DNA from: an uncultured delta proteobacterium
GTDB lineage: Bacteria; Bdellovibrionota; FAC87; UBA2466
Reading direction: 5' to 3'
NCBI GenBank assembly: GCA_963778115.1
Contig: CAVZSV010000004.1
Span: 96,001-160,000, forward strand
DNA: 64,000 nt
Position numbers and translations under genes: made by a program. Position 1 is the stretch's first letter. Every line of letters begins with the position of its first letter. The notes below the pieces were generated by a model. It saw only the letters and a program-made list of their open reading frames with translations. It was not told where the DNA came from and ran no database searches. This document shows, in pieces, positions 19,502-28,744 of this stretch.

Positions 19502-20629
19502 TTAAACCGAACCTTCAGTTCTAAACGCCTTCCAAACGCCCATCGAAACCATCTTGTGAAACTCGTACATCCCGGCTTCGCGCTTTACGCTAAATCTGCC
19601 GGTGTCATAGGTGCGGCTTACTAGGCCTCGTTGAACGCTTTCACAAACCGCTTGATCTTCAAGCTGTACTTGATGCGCGACTTTGACGCTTTCATCGATG
19701 AACGATCGGGCCACATCGCCTTCGGTTTGCGAAAAATAATAATCAAAAATGACGCGGCAACGGTTCGGGGCCAGGGGCAATACCAGATTAGTATCCATCA
19801 CACCGTCGTAACAGTTCACCATGAAGTTGGGCATAAGCCACCAATAATAGGCAGCATCCCCCTTGCGGACACTGCTCACGCTTCCCCTAGCGGAATCGCT
19901 TTTCAAAGGACTAAATTGTAAGCAACTTTTTTCAAAAGTTTCGATCTTGTATTCGGCATAATTGAGCGATCCTGCCAGTGCCGGATGGATCGTATTGACG
20001 TGGTAGCCGCCATCCAAATAATTGTCCACGAAGACTTTCCAATTACATTCCAGATCGTACTCGGTGCGACGACTCCACTGCAATCTTTGCAGAGCCTCTA
20101 AGTCCATCCGTTTGGCGAAGTCGGCGAGAAAACTTTCGAGCTTCTGCGGTTTGTTTCCCAGATGAACGAAAACGAAAGGGCCGCAACTGTCGACGACGTA
20201 AGCGGGAAGTCTATTATCGGCTTTGTTGAAATTTAAAACTTCGCCAAATTCCGGGGTTCCTTTCAAATTGCCCCTTAGATCATAGGTCCATCCGTGGTAG
20301 CGGCACTGGAAGAAACTCGCCTTTCCGCACGCCCGACTTTCGACAGCGGTGGCTTTGTGTCTACAAACATTGGCAAACGCATTAAGCTCACCGTCTTTAT
20401 CACGGGAAACAACGATAGGCTCTGCGCCGATCAAAGCGGTCAAAAAAGAGCCCGGTTCTCGAAGCTGCTCGGTACTTCCTACATAATGCCACGTGTCTTC
20501 AAAAATTCCCTTTCGTTCGAGCATAGCGATTTCATCATCGGTGTACCATTCCTTAGGCAGCGTTTTAGCGTTGGCTAGGGGAAGCTCGGGATCAAAAGCT
20601 TCGAGTAGATTAATTAGCTGCGTCATCAA
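19502..20629 (-). CDS. Rieske non-heme iron oxygenase alpha subunit, choline-monooxygenase-like
   Basis: Rieske CRH...CRYH; mononuclear-Fe motif NWKVFVDNYLDGGYHVNTIHP; C-terminal ED. Confidence 0.9.
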   Translation of the reverse strand: MMTQLINLLEAFDPELPLANAKTLPKEWYTDDEIAMLERKGIFEDTWHYVGSTEQLREPGSFLTALIGAEPIVVSRDKDGELNAFANVCRHKATAVESRACGKASFFQCRYHGWTYDLRGNLKGTPEFGEVLNFNKADNRLPAYVVDSCGPFVFVHLGNKPQKLESFLADFAKRMDLEALQRLQWSRRTEYDLECNWKVFVDNYLDGGYHVNTIHPALAGSLNYAEYKIETFEKSCLQFSPLKSDSARGSVSSVRKGDAAYYWWLMPNFMVNCYDGVMDTNLVLPLAPNRCRVIFDYYFSQTEGDVARSFIDESVKVAHQVQLEDQAVCESVQRGLVSRTYDTGRFSVKREAGMYEFHKMVSMGVWKAFRTEGSV

Positions 20630-20901
20630 GCCCCCTTAACGGCAGTGAGAATAGTTGGAAAAACCGTCCTTCCTTTGTCTAAAAATGGTGAGCAAAAGTC
20701 AAAGTTCTCCCCCAAAATCGCTTCCGGGCCGGCCTTTTCGAAATGCCGCACGTCCCCATCGCTTAGCAGTTAACCGGAGTCTTCACGATCTTTCGTTTGT
20801 CGGTTTTATCCCCAATTCGTGCTGTTAGAATTAGTCTAATTTTCTAATTCTTACTTATTTTTAGCAGTCATTTCTGAATCAAAGCCTGGGGGGGCTACTT
20901 C

Positions 20902-23900
20902 ATGGTCTTTCGATACCTATCACTATTAGCACTCGCTTTTTGTTGGACAATCGCAAACCAAGCCGACGCGTCGACCCACAGAGTGACGCCAACGATCACC
21001 TGGAACACCTCGAATATCGATTTGGGAATCCAAAACGAAGGGGTGGCGATGACCCCGGTGGATCTAAGCAAGTTCGTAAATAATCACGCAAATAGCAGCC
21101 TCACCTTTACCTCCTCGAACTTGCCGAAGTGGATGCAATTAAGTTCAGCCGGAATGATAACCGGAACCCCGCAACGCGCGGATGTCGGCCCGTACTCAGG
21201 GATCGATTTTACGGTTTCCGACGGAACCAATAATGCCACGGTAACCGGATCCGGAACGGTGCTGATTACCATTCATCCTCCGTCCTGGATTTCAGATCCC
21301 GTTACGATCGCCAACGCCACTGAAGATAGCGCCTACTCGATTAATGTGTATCCTTACGTCCTGGATTACGAAAAATCCTCTTTTACCTACACCGAAGTTT
21401 CGGGTTCTCCGTGGATTCAAGTCGATACCAACGGAAACATTTACGGCACCCCAGGGAAAGCCAATATCGGTACGGCAACCGCAACGGTCTCTTTTACCAC
21501 CGTCATCAACGGAACGACTTACACCCAAGCGACGACTTTTAATTTCAACGTAATCCACGTCAACCATCCGCCGCGTTGGGCTTCTAATCCATTACCGCTG
21601 CCCAATGGAGCGTCCACGGTGCCTTACAGCCAGAACGTCTCCAGTTCGGCCAGCGATCCTGACGCCGGGGATACTTTAACGTTCACGGCGACTGCAATGC
21701 CCGCTTGGCTCACGATGAGCGCTCAAGGCGTTCTTTCGGGCACTCCTACGGCGGCAGGAAGCTTTAGCTTTCAAGCCAAAGTTACCGATCAAGGGAACCT
21801 TTCCGATACCACCACCGTCACCCTGACGATTACGCACACCAACAGTCCGCCCAGCTGGACCACTCAAACGGTCGCTCTGGCCGATGCTCACGAAGACTCG
21901 GCCTATAACGGAGACTTAAATCCTTTCATCACCAATCCTGACGGCCTGCCACTTACCTTTACGGAATTGACGGGCCCCACCTGGGCGTCGGTAAGTTCTA
22001 CGGGCATTATTTCGGGAACTCCAAAATCAGCCAATGTCGGTGTGGCAAAGTTTTCTGTAAAAGTGGCCAACAGTGTCGGAAGTGCCGTGGCCTCCGTGAT
22101 GTTGACGGTGGATCACACCAACCACCCCCCGTCGTGGGTACTTAATCCCATCCACCTAACGCAACCTGAAGAGTCGGCGATGTCGGCGGATATCTCCGGA
22201 TATGCGACCGATCCCGACCTTAATCTGGGGGATAAACTGACCTTCTCATTGGCTAGTGGCCCCGCTTGGGGAACCCTATCCGCGGCAGGCGTCTTTTCGG
22301 GAACTCCGCCTGATTCCGCCGAAGGAAACAACACTTTCGCCGTTAAAGTTACTGATACCGGAAATTTGAGTGCGACAGGACAACTCGTCGTGACCGTCAC
22401 TCACATCAACCATCCGCCGGTCTGGACACAGCCTAGTATCACGCTAAGCCCAGACGCCAAGGAAAGGTCAGCTTATGTGGGAAGTGTTGCTTCCTATGCC
22501 ATGGATCCGGATGCCGGAGATACTCTTAGCTTCTCCAAAATACCTAACTCGGGAGCGACTTGGTTAACGGTGGCTTCGAACGGTGCTTTAAGCGGAACTC
22601 CGCAAAGAGCTAACGATGGGGCAAATACTTTCCAAGTCCGTGTGATGGATCCGTCCAATGCCTACGCTGACGTGACGGTAACCCTCACCGTCGATAAAGT
22701 AGCCCTTCCTCCTCGCTGGCGCCAAAATCCCGTAGTCCTTGCTAATGCCAACGAAGACCAAGCTTATAACTTTAATCTTTCAAGCTATGCCGTCGATGAC
22801 GACGGTAACCCCATCACCTTTTCGCTAGTAAGCGGCCCCTCGTGGATGCAAGTGAGCCCTGCGGGTGTTATTTCGGGAACGCCTCACAAAGCGGATATCG
22901 GTGCGGTCGCGGCAGTTTTGCAAGTGACCGATAACTTCAGTAATTCCGTGACGGCGAATGCGACCGGAACTGTCGTACATACGCCACATCCGCCTGTGAT
23001 CGGAACCATCCCCGCCATTTCGATCAAAGAGCGATCTATCTCTAAGTATCCGCTCGAACAGTATGTCACCAACCCGGATGGAGGAACCCTCAACTTTGCT
23101 GCGGTCGATTCCCTGTCGTGGGTAACCTTGGCCTCTACGGGAGATATGACCCTCCAACCTCTCTACGCCAATATCGGGACGACGACCTTTCACTTTAAAG
23201 TGGATAATGGCGAGCTAAGCGCTCAGGGATCGGTTTCTATCACGGTAGCGCGCGATCCGCGTCCGCCGGTGTGGCTACAATCGCCTGTTGTGATGCAGGC
23301 CAATACCAACCAAGCCTTCACGGGAACGTTATCAGGGCTGGCCCAAGACTTAGACGGTATTACTTTGACTTATAAATTGGACGCCGGGGGCCCCGCTTGG
23401 TTGAAACTTGATACTACGTCGGGAAACCTTTCCGGAACGCCCGCAAGTACCAACGTCGGAGCAAACGCCTTTTCAGTCGAGGCCTGCAATGACGTACTGT
23501 GCGCAACCTCCCCGCTCAACATCACAGTACTCCCCGGCACTCAGCTAGACACTTTCACTATCGATAGTACCGTCGCCGGAGCCAATACCGAGATGGTGTG
23601 GACGGTGGACACTTCTAGCGCCGGGACCAAACTCCTGAGCGCTCTTAGATCCAACGTTAAGTATCTGTTCCAGGCTTTGAACACGGCACAAATTCATTAT
23701 TCGCAAATATTTCTCTCGTCTGATGCCAATAAATGGGATGGATTGCCCATCGCCCAAAATAGTGAGCCCATGCTCATGAATTGGAACGATCAAAATGCCG
23801 CGGCAGACTTCACTTCCCGTTTGGACTATGCGGCAAACAGCAATGATGACGACAATAACAGCTGCAGCAATTGCTTTAGCAGCCCGACATGGACGATGTT

Positions 23901-24510
23901 CCGCTTCTTCCAAAGACTACCGTCGATTTCGGAGATCTACCATAATGGCTATGTAATGCCTGGAGTGCCGATGGAATCGATACTTATCACTCAGCAGACG
24001 GATCATTATCCGGCCTTTGCTAAGGGTACAGCACAGTCAAGCATGCAGCCCGGCGATTATGGAAATCAGTTCATCGCCTTTGACGAAGCCCAGAAAAAAA
24101 CACTCCGTATTAGTAGCATTGCTCCACAATGTCCCAGCCTTGTGGAAAGCGAGGGCGCTTCGGCGGGTCCGGCAAGTACTTACCAGACCATCGTGAACAA
24201 AACGTCGGGCCAGTCTTATCCCATGACGGATTGCACCTATAATTTAAAGCCGGTCCTTCAAGACTTAGCGACCAAAATCATCAGCCGAGCCTACATCAAC
24301 GCCAATACCAACTTCTCGCTCTCGGCTACTCCCTTCTCGGTTAACTCGATTCAGGTGTCGCTAGGGGGAAAAGTGCTTCCGGGTAACACCGGCGCGGCGT
24401 CTGATCTATGGAGCTATACGAACAATCAGATTACCATCAATTGGTTCTTGATCGATCAGTCGACGCTGACTCCAGGTGAGAAGTTGACCGTCACGTATCG
24501 GATCTCCTGA
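20902..24510 (+). CDS. Large secreted surface protein: about 9 Ig/cadherin-like repeats plus a putative vWA-like C-terminal domain
   Basis: Signal peptide; ~95-aa repeats NHPPxW...DPD.GD.LTF...PxW...SGTP; C-terminal MVWTVDTSSAG resembles a degenerate MIDAS motif. Confidence 0.85.
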   Translation: MVFRYLSLLALAFCWTIANQADASTHRVTPTITWNTSNIDLGIQNEGVAMTPVDLSKFVNNHANSSLTFTSSNLPKWMQLSSAGMITGTPQRADVGPYSGIDFTVSDGTNNATVTGSGTVLITIHPPSWISDPVTIANATEDSAYSINVYPYVLDYEKSSFTYTEVSGSPWIQVDTNGNIYGTPGKANIGTATATVSFTTVINGTTYTQATTFNFNVIHVNHPPRWASNPLPLPNGASTVPYSQNVSSSASDPDAGDTLTFTATAMPAWLTMSAQGVLSGTPTAAGSFSFQAKVTDQGNLSDTTTVTLTITHTNSPPSWTTQTVALADAHEDSAYNGDLNPFITNPDGLPLTFTELTGPTWASVSSTGIISGTPKSANVGVAKFSVKVANSVGSAVASVMLTVDHTNHPPSWVLNPIHLTQPEESAMSADISGYATDPDLNLGDKLTFSLASGPAWGTLSAAGVFSGTPPDSAEGNNTFAVKVTDTGNLSATGQLVVTVTHINHPPVWTQPSITLSPDAKERSAYVGSVASYAMDPDAGDTLSFSKIPNSGATWLTVASNGALSGTPQRANDGANTFQVRVMDPSNAYADVTVTLTVDKVALPPRWRQNPVVLANANEDQAYNFNLSSYAVDDDGNPITFSLVSGPSWMQVSPAGVISGTPHKADIGAVAAVLQVTDNFSNSVTANATGTVVHTPHPPVIGTIPAISIKERSISKYPLEQYVTNPDGGTLNFAAVDSLSWVTLASTGDMTLQPLYANIGTTTFHFKVDNGELSAQGSVSITVARDPRPPVWLQSPVVMQANTNQAFTGTLSGLAQDLDGITLTYKLDAGGPAWLKLDTTSGNLSGTPASTNVGANAFSVEACNDVLCATSPLNITVLPGTQLDTFTIDSTVAGANTEMVWTVDTSSAGTKLLSALRSNVKYLFQALNTAQIHYSQIFLSSDANKWDGLPIAQNSEPMLMNWNDQNAAADFTSRLDYAANSNDDDNNSCSNCFSSPTWTMFRFFQRLPSISEIYHNGYVMPGVPMESILITQQTDHYPAFAKGTAQSSMQPGDYGNQFIAFDEAQKKTLRISSIAPQCPSLVESEGASAGPASTYQTIVNKTSGQSYPMTDCTYNLKPVLQDLATKIISRAYINANTNFSLSATPFSVNSIQVSLGGKVLPGNTGAASDLWSYTNNQITINWFLIDQSTLTPGEKLTVTYRIS

Positions 24511-24551
24511 TTACCTAGGCACATAAACTATTGAATCCAAAGGGGGGCATC

Positions 24552-25877
24552 CGATTAGCCTCAGCTAGATATGTTACCCGGAGGTAGCGAAGCCACCGAC
24601 CTCAGTTTATGTGTCTGCTCGAATTTTTTCTGCGTGTCCCAGATGCGTTTCAGTTTTCGTTCAATGCCGTCTTTAAGTTCAAAAGGGTTCAGAGATTCAA
24701 ACTTCTTGGTCAGGTCTTTTTTTACCTGATCGGGTATTTGCGAGCATTCCATTAATCTTTGATAGGGGGTCATTGGTTTTGAGTGTTTTCGTTTGTACTT
24801 TGCGCCCACTCGAATTTTCTCAATGAGCTTCACCTGTGGAATAAAAAAGTTTTGTAGCAGTCCCCATTCATTTTTGTATAGGTCATTCACCAAGTCCTTG
24901 ACCGATGGGCAGTCAATCCTGTCATAGCCCAGGAGTTTTCGGACATGAGTGTAATTTTTCTGCTCCACGTAGCACTGGTCATTCTTCTTGTAGGGACGGC
25001 CACGGGTTAAGAAGATCTCTCTGGGGCGATTTTTACTCGGCGCTAGATGACTAATGAGTAGGTCATTGTGGAACTCTCCGCCATTGTCACTGGAAAGTCC
25101 TTTTAGTGGAAACGGGAGGCTTTTCTCGATATCCTCGACAGCTTCGACCACTTCTTTGGCTAGTTTGTTCCACACGGCGCGATTCTCAGTCCAGCCCAGA
25201 AGACGGTCTACCCCGGTTAAGGACCAAACAAACTCTCCCGATAAACTTCCTCCGCAATGAGCTACCGTATCTGCCTCCATATAGCCTGGCACTGCGACAT
25301 TTCTGTCGAACGGTTTAATCGGAATTCGATTTCTTAAATTCCCAGGCTTTGTTCCAGTTCTTAACTTCCGCCCCATCTCCGCTCTGTAGGGCCGAAGAAA
25401 CCGCTCTATCGTAGCATGACTCATTGAGCAGAGCTCTTTTTCAATCAAAGGGCCGTATTCGGGGGCTTCATAGTGTTTTAACCAATCCGGAAGCATTGCC
25501 ACCATGCGCCTCCCGTTTACTTGCTCCATTGCAAGCCACAGCTTTTTTAAGTGGTACCTTGCCCCATCGCTGTAAAGACGTCGACGACCCCGCTTCGCTT
25601 TCAATTGAGGGCGCTGATTCAAAGTTCGAATGGCGTGTTTTCTGTGAAACCCCGCGTCCCGACAGAGTTGGTCAATCAACATAATCTTCACTTTTCGACT
25701 CTTGGTGTCTCGGTAACGTTGGCGCAAAAAATCCAAGTACAAACGCTTTAGCGTTATGCTCATGGCTTTGCCTCATTGTTTTATGGAGTTGTCCAGACGA
25801 ATGCCTGGTTACTCCATTATGAGGCCACCGCGCTTCTCTTCCTAATCCCCCGGTAACATTATTTACGAGGCCATTCG
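24552..25877 (-). mobile_element. Insertion sequence (DDE, IS481-like or unclassified), ~1.33 kb
   Basis: Imperfect terminal IRs (GGTAACAT-N7/8-GAGGC-N4-CG); flanking direct repeat GCATCCG at 24547-24553 and 25877-25883; single transposase ORF. Exact ends ambiguous by 1-2 nt. Confidence 0.88.
24561..25763 (-). CDS. DDE transposase (integrase core)
   Basis: EADTVAHCG (D), SSDNGGEF (D), RPYKKNDQCYVEQKN (E); N-terminal RKHAIR HTH; stop codon lies inside the IR. Confidence 0.93.
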   Translation of the reverse strand: MSITLKRLYLDFLRQRYRDTKSRKVKIMLIDQLCRDAGFHRKHAIRTLNQRPQLKAKRGRRRLYSDGARYHLKKLWLAMEQVNGRRMVAMLPDWLKHYEAPEYGPLIEKELCSMSHATIERFLRPYRAEMGRKLRTGTKPGNLRNRIPIKPFDRNVAVPGYMEADTVAHCGGSLSGEFVWSLTGVDRLLGWTENRAVWNKLAKEVVEAVEDIEKSLPFPLKGLSSDNGGEFHNDLLISHLAPSKNRPREIFLTRGRPYKKNDQCYVEQKNYTHVRKLLGYDRIDCPSVKDLVNDLYKNEWGLLQNFFIPQVKLIEKIRVGAKYKRKHSKPMTPYQRLMECSQIPDQVKKDLTKKFESLNPFELKDGIERKLKRIWDTQKKFEQTHKLRSVASLPPGNISS

Positions 25878-25954
25878 CATCCGCCCCCCGCTAACAATTC
25901 CAACACAATCTTCCCCTATACTACGGAGAGCCTTTCCCAGTAGGCCGTGCACGT

Positions 25955-28741
25955 TTGGGGGATACCTTGGGAAGATTTACGCAGATTTCGATTACCCTTC
26001 TTATCTTTTTTGTCTTTTCCAACTGCCTCTTTGGCGAAAGCACTCCCCCCGAAGTTCCGGCATTATTAAGAGATCTCTCCATGATCACTTCTGATAGTAG
26101 CGGGAATTTCTCATACACCAGGCCGCATATACCCCCGCACCGAACAAGTGCGGACGGCAGAGTGGCTTTGGCCATAAAAATGGTGAACAAAAATCTCAAC
26201 TTCTCTTTGTTTGCTCCGGAAGGTTTAGCCGGAAACTTTACTCTCTCAGCACCCGACACCTCGATCATCCAAAGTCTCTTTCCTGTAAATGAATCGAATT
26301 TCTATTCCAAAGCGAGTATTGCTAGCAATTTTGCCACCGGCGGATTGGCAGCACACCGGACGATCTGCGACGTAGGATCGGATTTTCCTTCCGCTTCCAC
26401 GGTTTCCAATCCCCAAGTCTGTGCGAATGATTCAAGTCACGATTGTTATTTTTTGACCGTAATCATGAGTTACATCGGTACGAATGTGACGACCGGCGCT
26501 CCTCAGTCCCAATTGTGGGGAACTCCCATAACGGTTGAAGTTTCCAATCCCAAGACAGCAAGAGCAGCCATCGTGAGCATTACCCCAGGAACTCCACGAG
26601 GGGGGCCGCTTCTGCCTTTCTCTACGGTTTTTGAGCCAATGACGACGACAGACGGTCGCCTCCTCGTGGGACGTATTGGAGGCTCTTCTCTCACTTGGAC
26701 CAGCAATAATGGTGTTTCAGTAACCGGGAATTACGACATGATTTACTCGGTAGCTAGCCCCGGCCATTCATGTGACGTCACTCAATGGGCTCAAAATAAT
26801 ATTTATCCCATCAGCCATGCTCCGTTTGACCCTACCGTTAACCAGACTTATCCCTTTGCTTACTATCCTTTTCGGGATCCTGAGAACAATGCGATTGCCG
26901 ATGGGGTGGAGCTAGGAGCTACCTATCCTTGGATCGACAGACGCGGGAGAAATCTTTTTTTTAGCACCTTTGGAAGCAACCTTTACCAAAAGACTTCGAC
27001 GGGAACGACTACCGCATATCCTACTCAATGCGTTCCCAATACGAACTGTAACCTCGCTCCCTCACAAGTGTCTGATGTGGAGAACCCGGGAAACACGCGA
27101 GGGCTGTCAGTCATGGGTCTTTGGACCAGCGGAAAGATGGTGATGTTGGATGGAGTCCTAAACAACATCGACTTTGGGCTAATGACAACGCCTGAATCAC
27201 AGCGGCTCATTCAGCTTTACCAACCCTCTTCCGCAACGACATTGCCAATTTTCACTACCTCGTCGAGTGCTGCCCCCTCCTCCACGGGAGATCCCACGTG
27301 GGTTCAGGTGGGGGCGGGGCGTGACATCAACGTCTATACGACACTTGCCAAACTGCCGAGCGGTCCTTTCAACACCACCTTAGTGGATTCCCTAGAAAAT
27401 CTCTTCATGTATCTGCCCAAGATGAAATTTGTAACCTCGCGGGATGTGGTGTGGACCCTAAATAACGGGAAAACGAGCCAAGAAGTTGCTTTCGACGATT
27501 TTTTGGATCCCAATGTGCTTATCTATTCCGAAATGAACGCGTCTTTAACTTGGAAAGCGGGAGCTTTAGAGTACCAAGATGGAATTAACACCAAAAAGGC
27601 CATCCATGTTCAAAACGCGGCAACCTCACTTATCCACGCGGTTCCGCCGTATGGAATCGTCCATGGAACGACACGCATCGAGCCCGTCGCATTAGGCGGA
27701 ATCAGCGGACGTGGGTTGTGGCTAAACGGAACGGACACCTACATTCAATACCCTTTGGTCAATCAAACTTTCACCACCCCAGACCTCTTTTTTAGTATGT
27801 TCGTAGATCCCCGCCCCGTAAGTGGGTGGCAGCAGCAGCAACTGGTAACATTCCCCAATAACACGTCCATTGTGCTAATGAATAATCACACCGTAGGTTA
27901 TGTCGACGCCTCGAATAAAATCATTCATCAAATTAAACTTCCCTGGAATTTAAAAAGTGGCGCCTGGGAGAATTTGCAAATGTCTTACGCCGTGGCAGAC
28001 ACCGCAACTTCCGGCACTTACGCTCAAACCATCCGTTTTTACGTGCGTGGAATGGCCGTCGATGAGTGGACTATTAATGAACAGGGAGCCAATAAACTTT
28101 TTGATTTAGGACCAGGGAACTTGCTCATCGGAGGAGGTGCCAGTTCTCAAGGAGGAAATTTTCGCGGTTGGATCGACGAAGTGAAGCTTATTAAATATAT
28201 TCCGACGGCTGAAGTAATCTGTAATCATGCGCGGGGCACTCTATTATCGGCGCCAAAGACCTATACGGGAGGCTTGGCACTTCTGGCGCAACGCTATCCC
28301 GCCTGGACTCAGACTGAGATTCAAAATTTGGTGGGTGATCCGGTTACCAACTACTATGGTTGCGGAACCTCTTGGACGATGAATGAAGTTGGCTACGTCG
28401 CAGTTCGACCCAGCGCCGTTACGGACTTGCGTACACGACTCACCATGGGCAATTATGCGCTTGTGTACGGACAACCCCGCCCTGATTTTTCCAACGATGT
28501 TTTTTGTCAGAGTTGCCATGTGAATAGCTCCACTAGATATTCGACGCTTCAAACGGCGGCACTTCAACCTAAGACGGGGGTCGATATGCAAAACGACAGT
28601 CGTCGGCAACCATTGCAACCGCCAAGGCTTATGTTCGGGAATATCCCGGCAGACCTGTTCCCCAATTTTCTACCTTCAACGGAACAGACCGCACCTCCGG
28701 AAGGTGCTTTGCAAGATCAGTGGTTCTATCCACGCAATTAG
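25955..28741 (+). CDS. Large secreted protein with a LamG/concanavalin-like domain and a C-terminal c-heme motif
   Basis: Signal-like N-terminus; LamG-type FRGWIDEVKL and IRFYVRG; CQSCH near the C-terminus. Confidence 0.7.
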   Translation: MGDTLGRFTQISITLLIFFVFSNCLFGESTPPEVPALLRDLSMITSDSSGNFSYTRPHIPPHRTSADGRVALAIKMVNKNLNFSLFAPEGLAGNFTLSAPDTSIIQSLFPVNESNFYSKASIASNFATGGLAAHRTICDVGSDFPSASTVSNPQVCANDSSHDCYFLTVIMSYIGTNVTTGAPQSQLWGTPITVEVSNPKTARAAIVSITPGTPRGGPLLPFSTVFEPMTTTDGRLLVGRIGGSSLTWTSNNGVSVTGNYDMIYSVASPGHSCDVTQWAQNNIYPISHAPFDPTVNQTYPFAYYPFRDPENNAIADGVELGATYPWIDRRGRNLFFSTFGSNLYQKTSTGTTTAYPTQCVPNTNCNLAPSQVSDVENPGNTRGLSVMGLWTSGKMVMLDGVLNNIDFGLMTTPESQRLIQLYQPSSATTLPIFTTSSSAAPSSTGDPTWVQVGAGRDINVYTTLAKLPSGPFNTTLVDSLENLFMYLPKMKFVTSRDVVWTLNNGKTSQEVAFDDFLDPNVLIYSEMNASLTWKAGALEYQDGINTKKAIHVQNAATSLIHAVPPYGIVHGTTRIEPVALGGISGRGLWLNGTDTYIQYPLVNQTFTTPDLFFSMFVDPRPVSGWQQQQLVTFPNNTSIVLMNNHTVGYVDASNKIIHQIKLPWNLKSGAWENLQMSYAVADTATSGTYAQTIRFYVRGMAVDEWTINEQGANKLFDLGPGNLLIGGGASSQGGNFRGWIDEVKLIKYIPTAEVICNHARGTLLSAPKTYTGGLALLAQRYPAWTQTEIQNLVGDPVTNYYGCGTSWTMNEVGYVAVRPSAVTDLRTRLTMGNYALVYGQPRPDFSNDVFCQSCHVNSSTRYSTLQTAALQPKTGVDMQNDSRRQPLQPPRLMFGNIPADLFPNFLPSTEQTAPPEGALQDQWFYPRN

Positions 28742-28744
28742 TCT

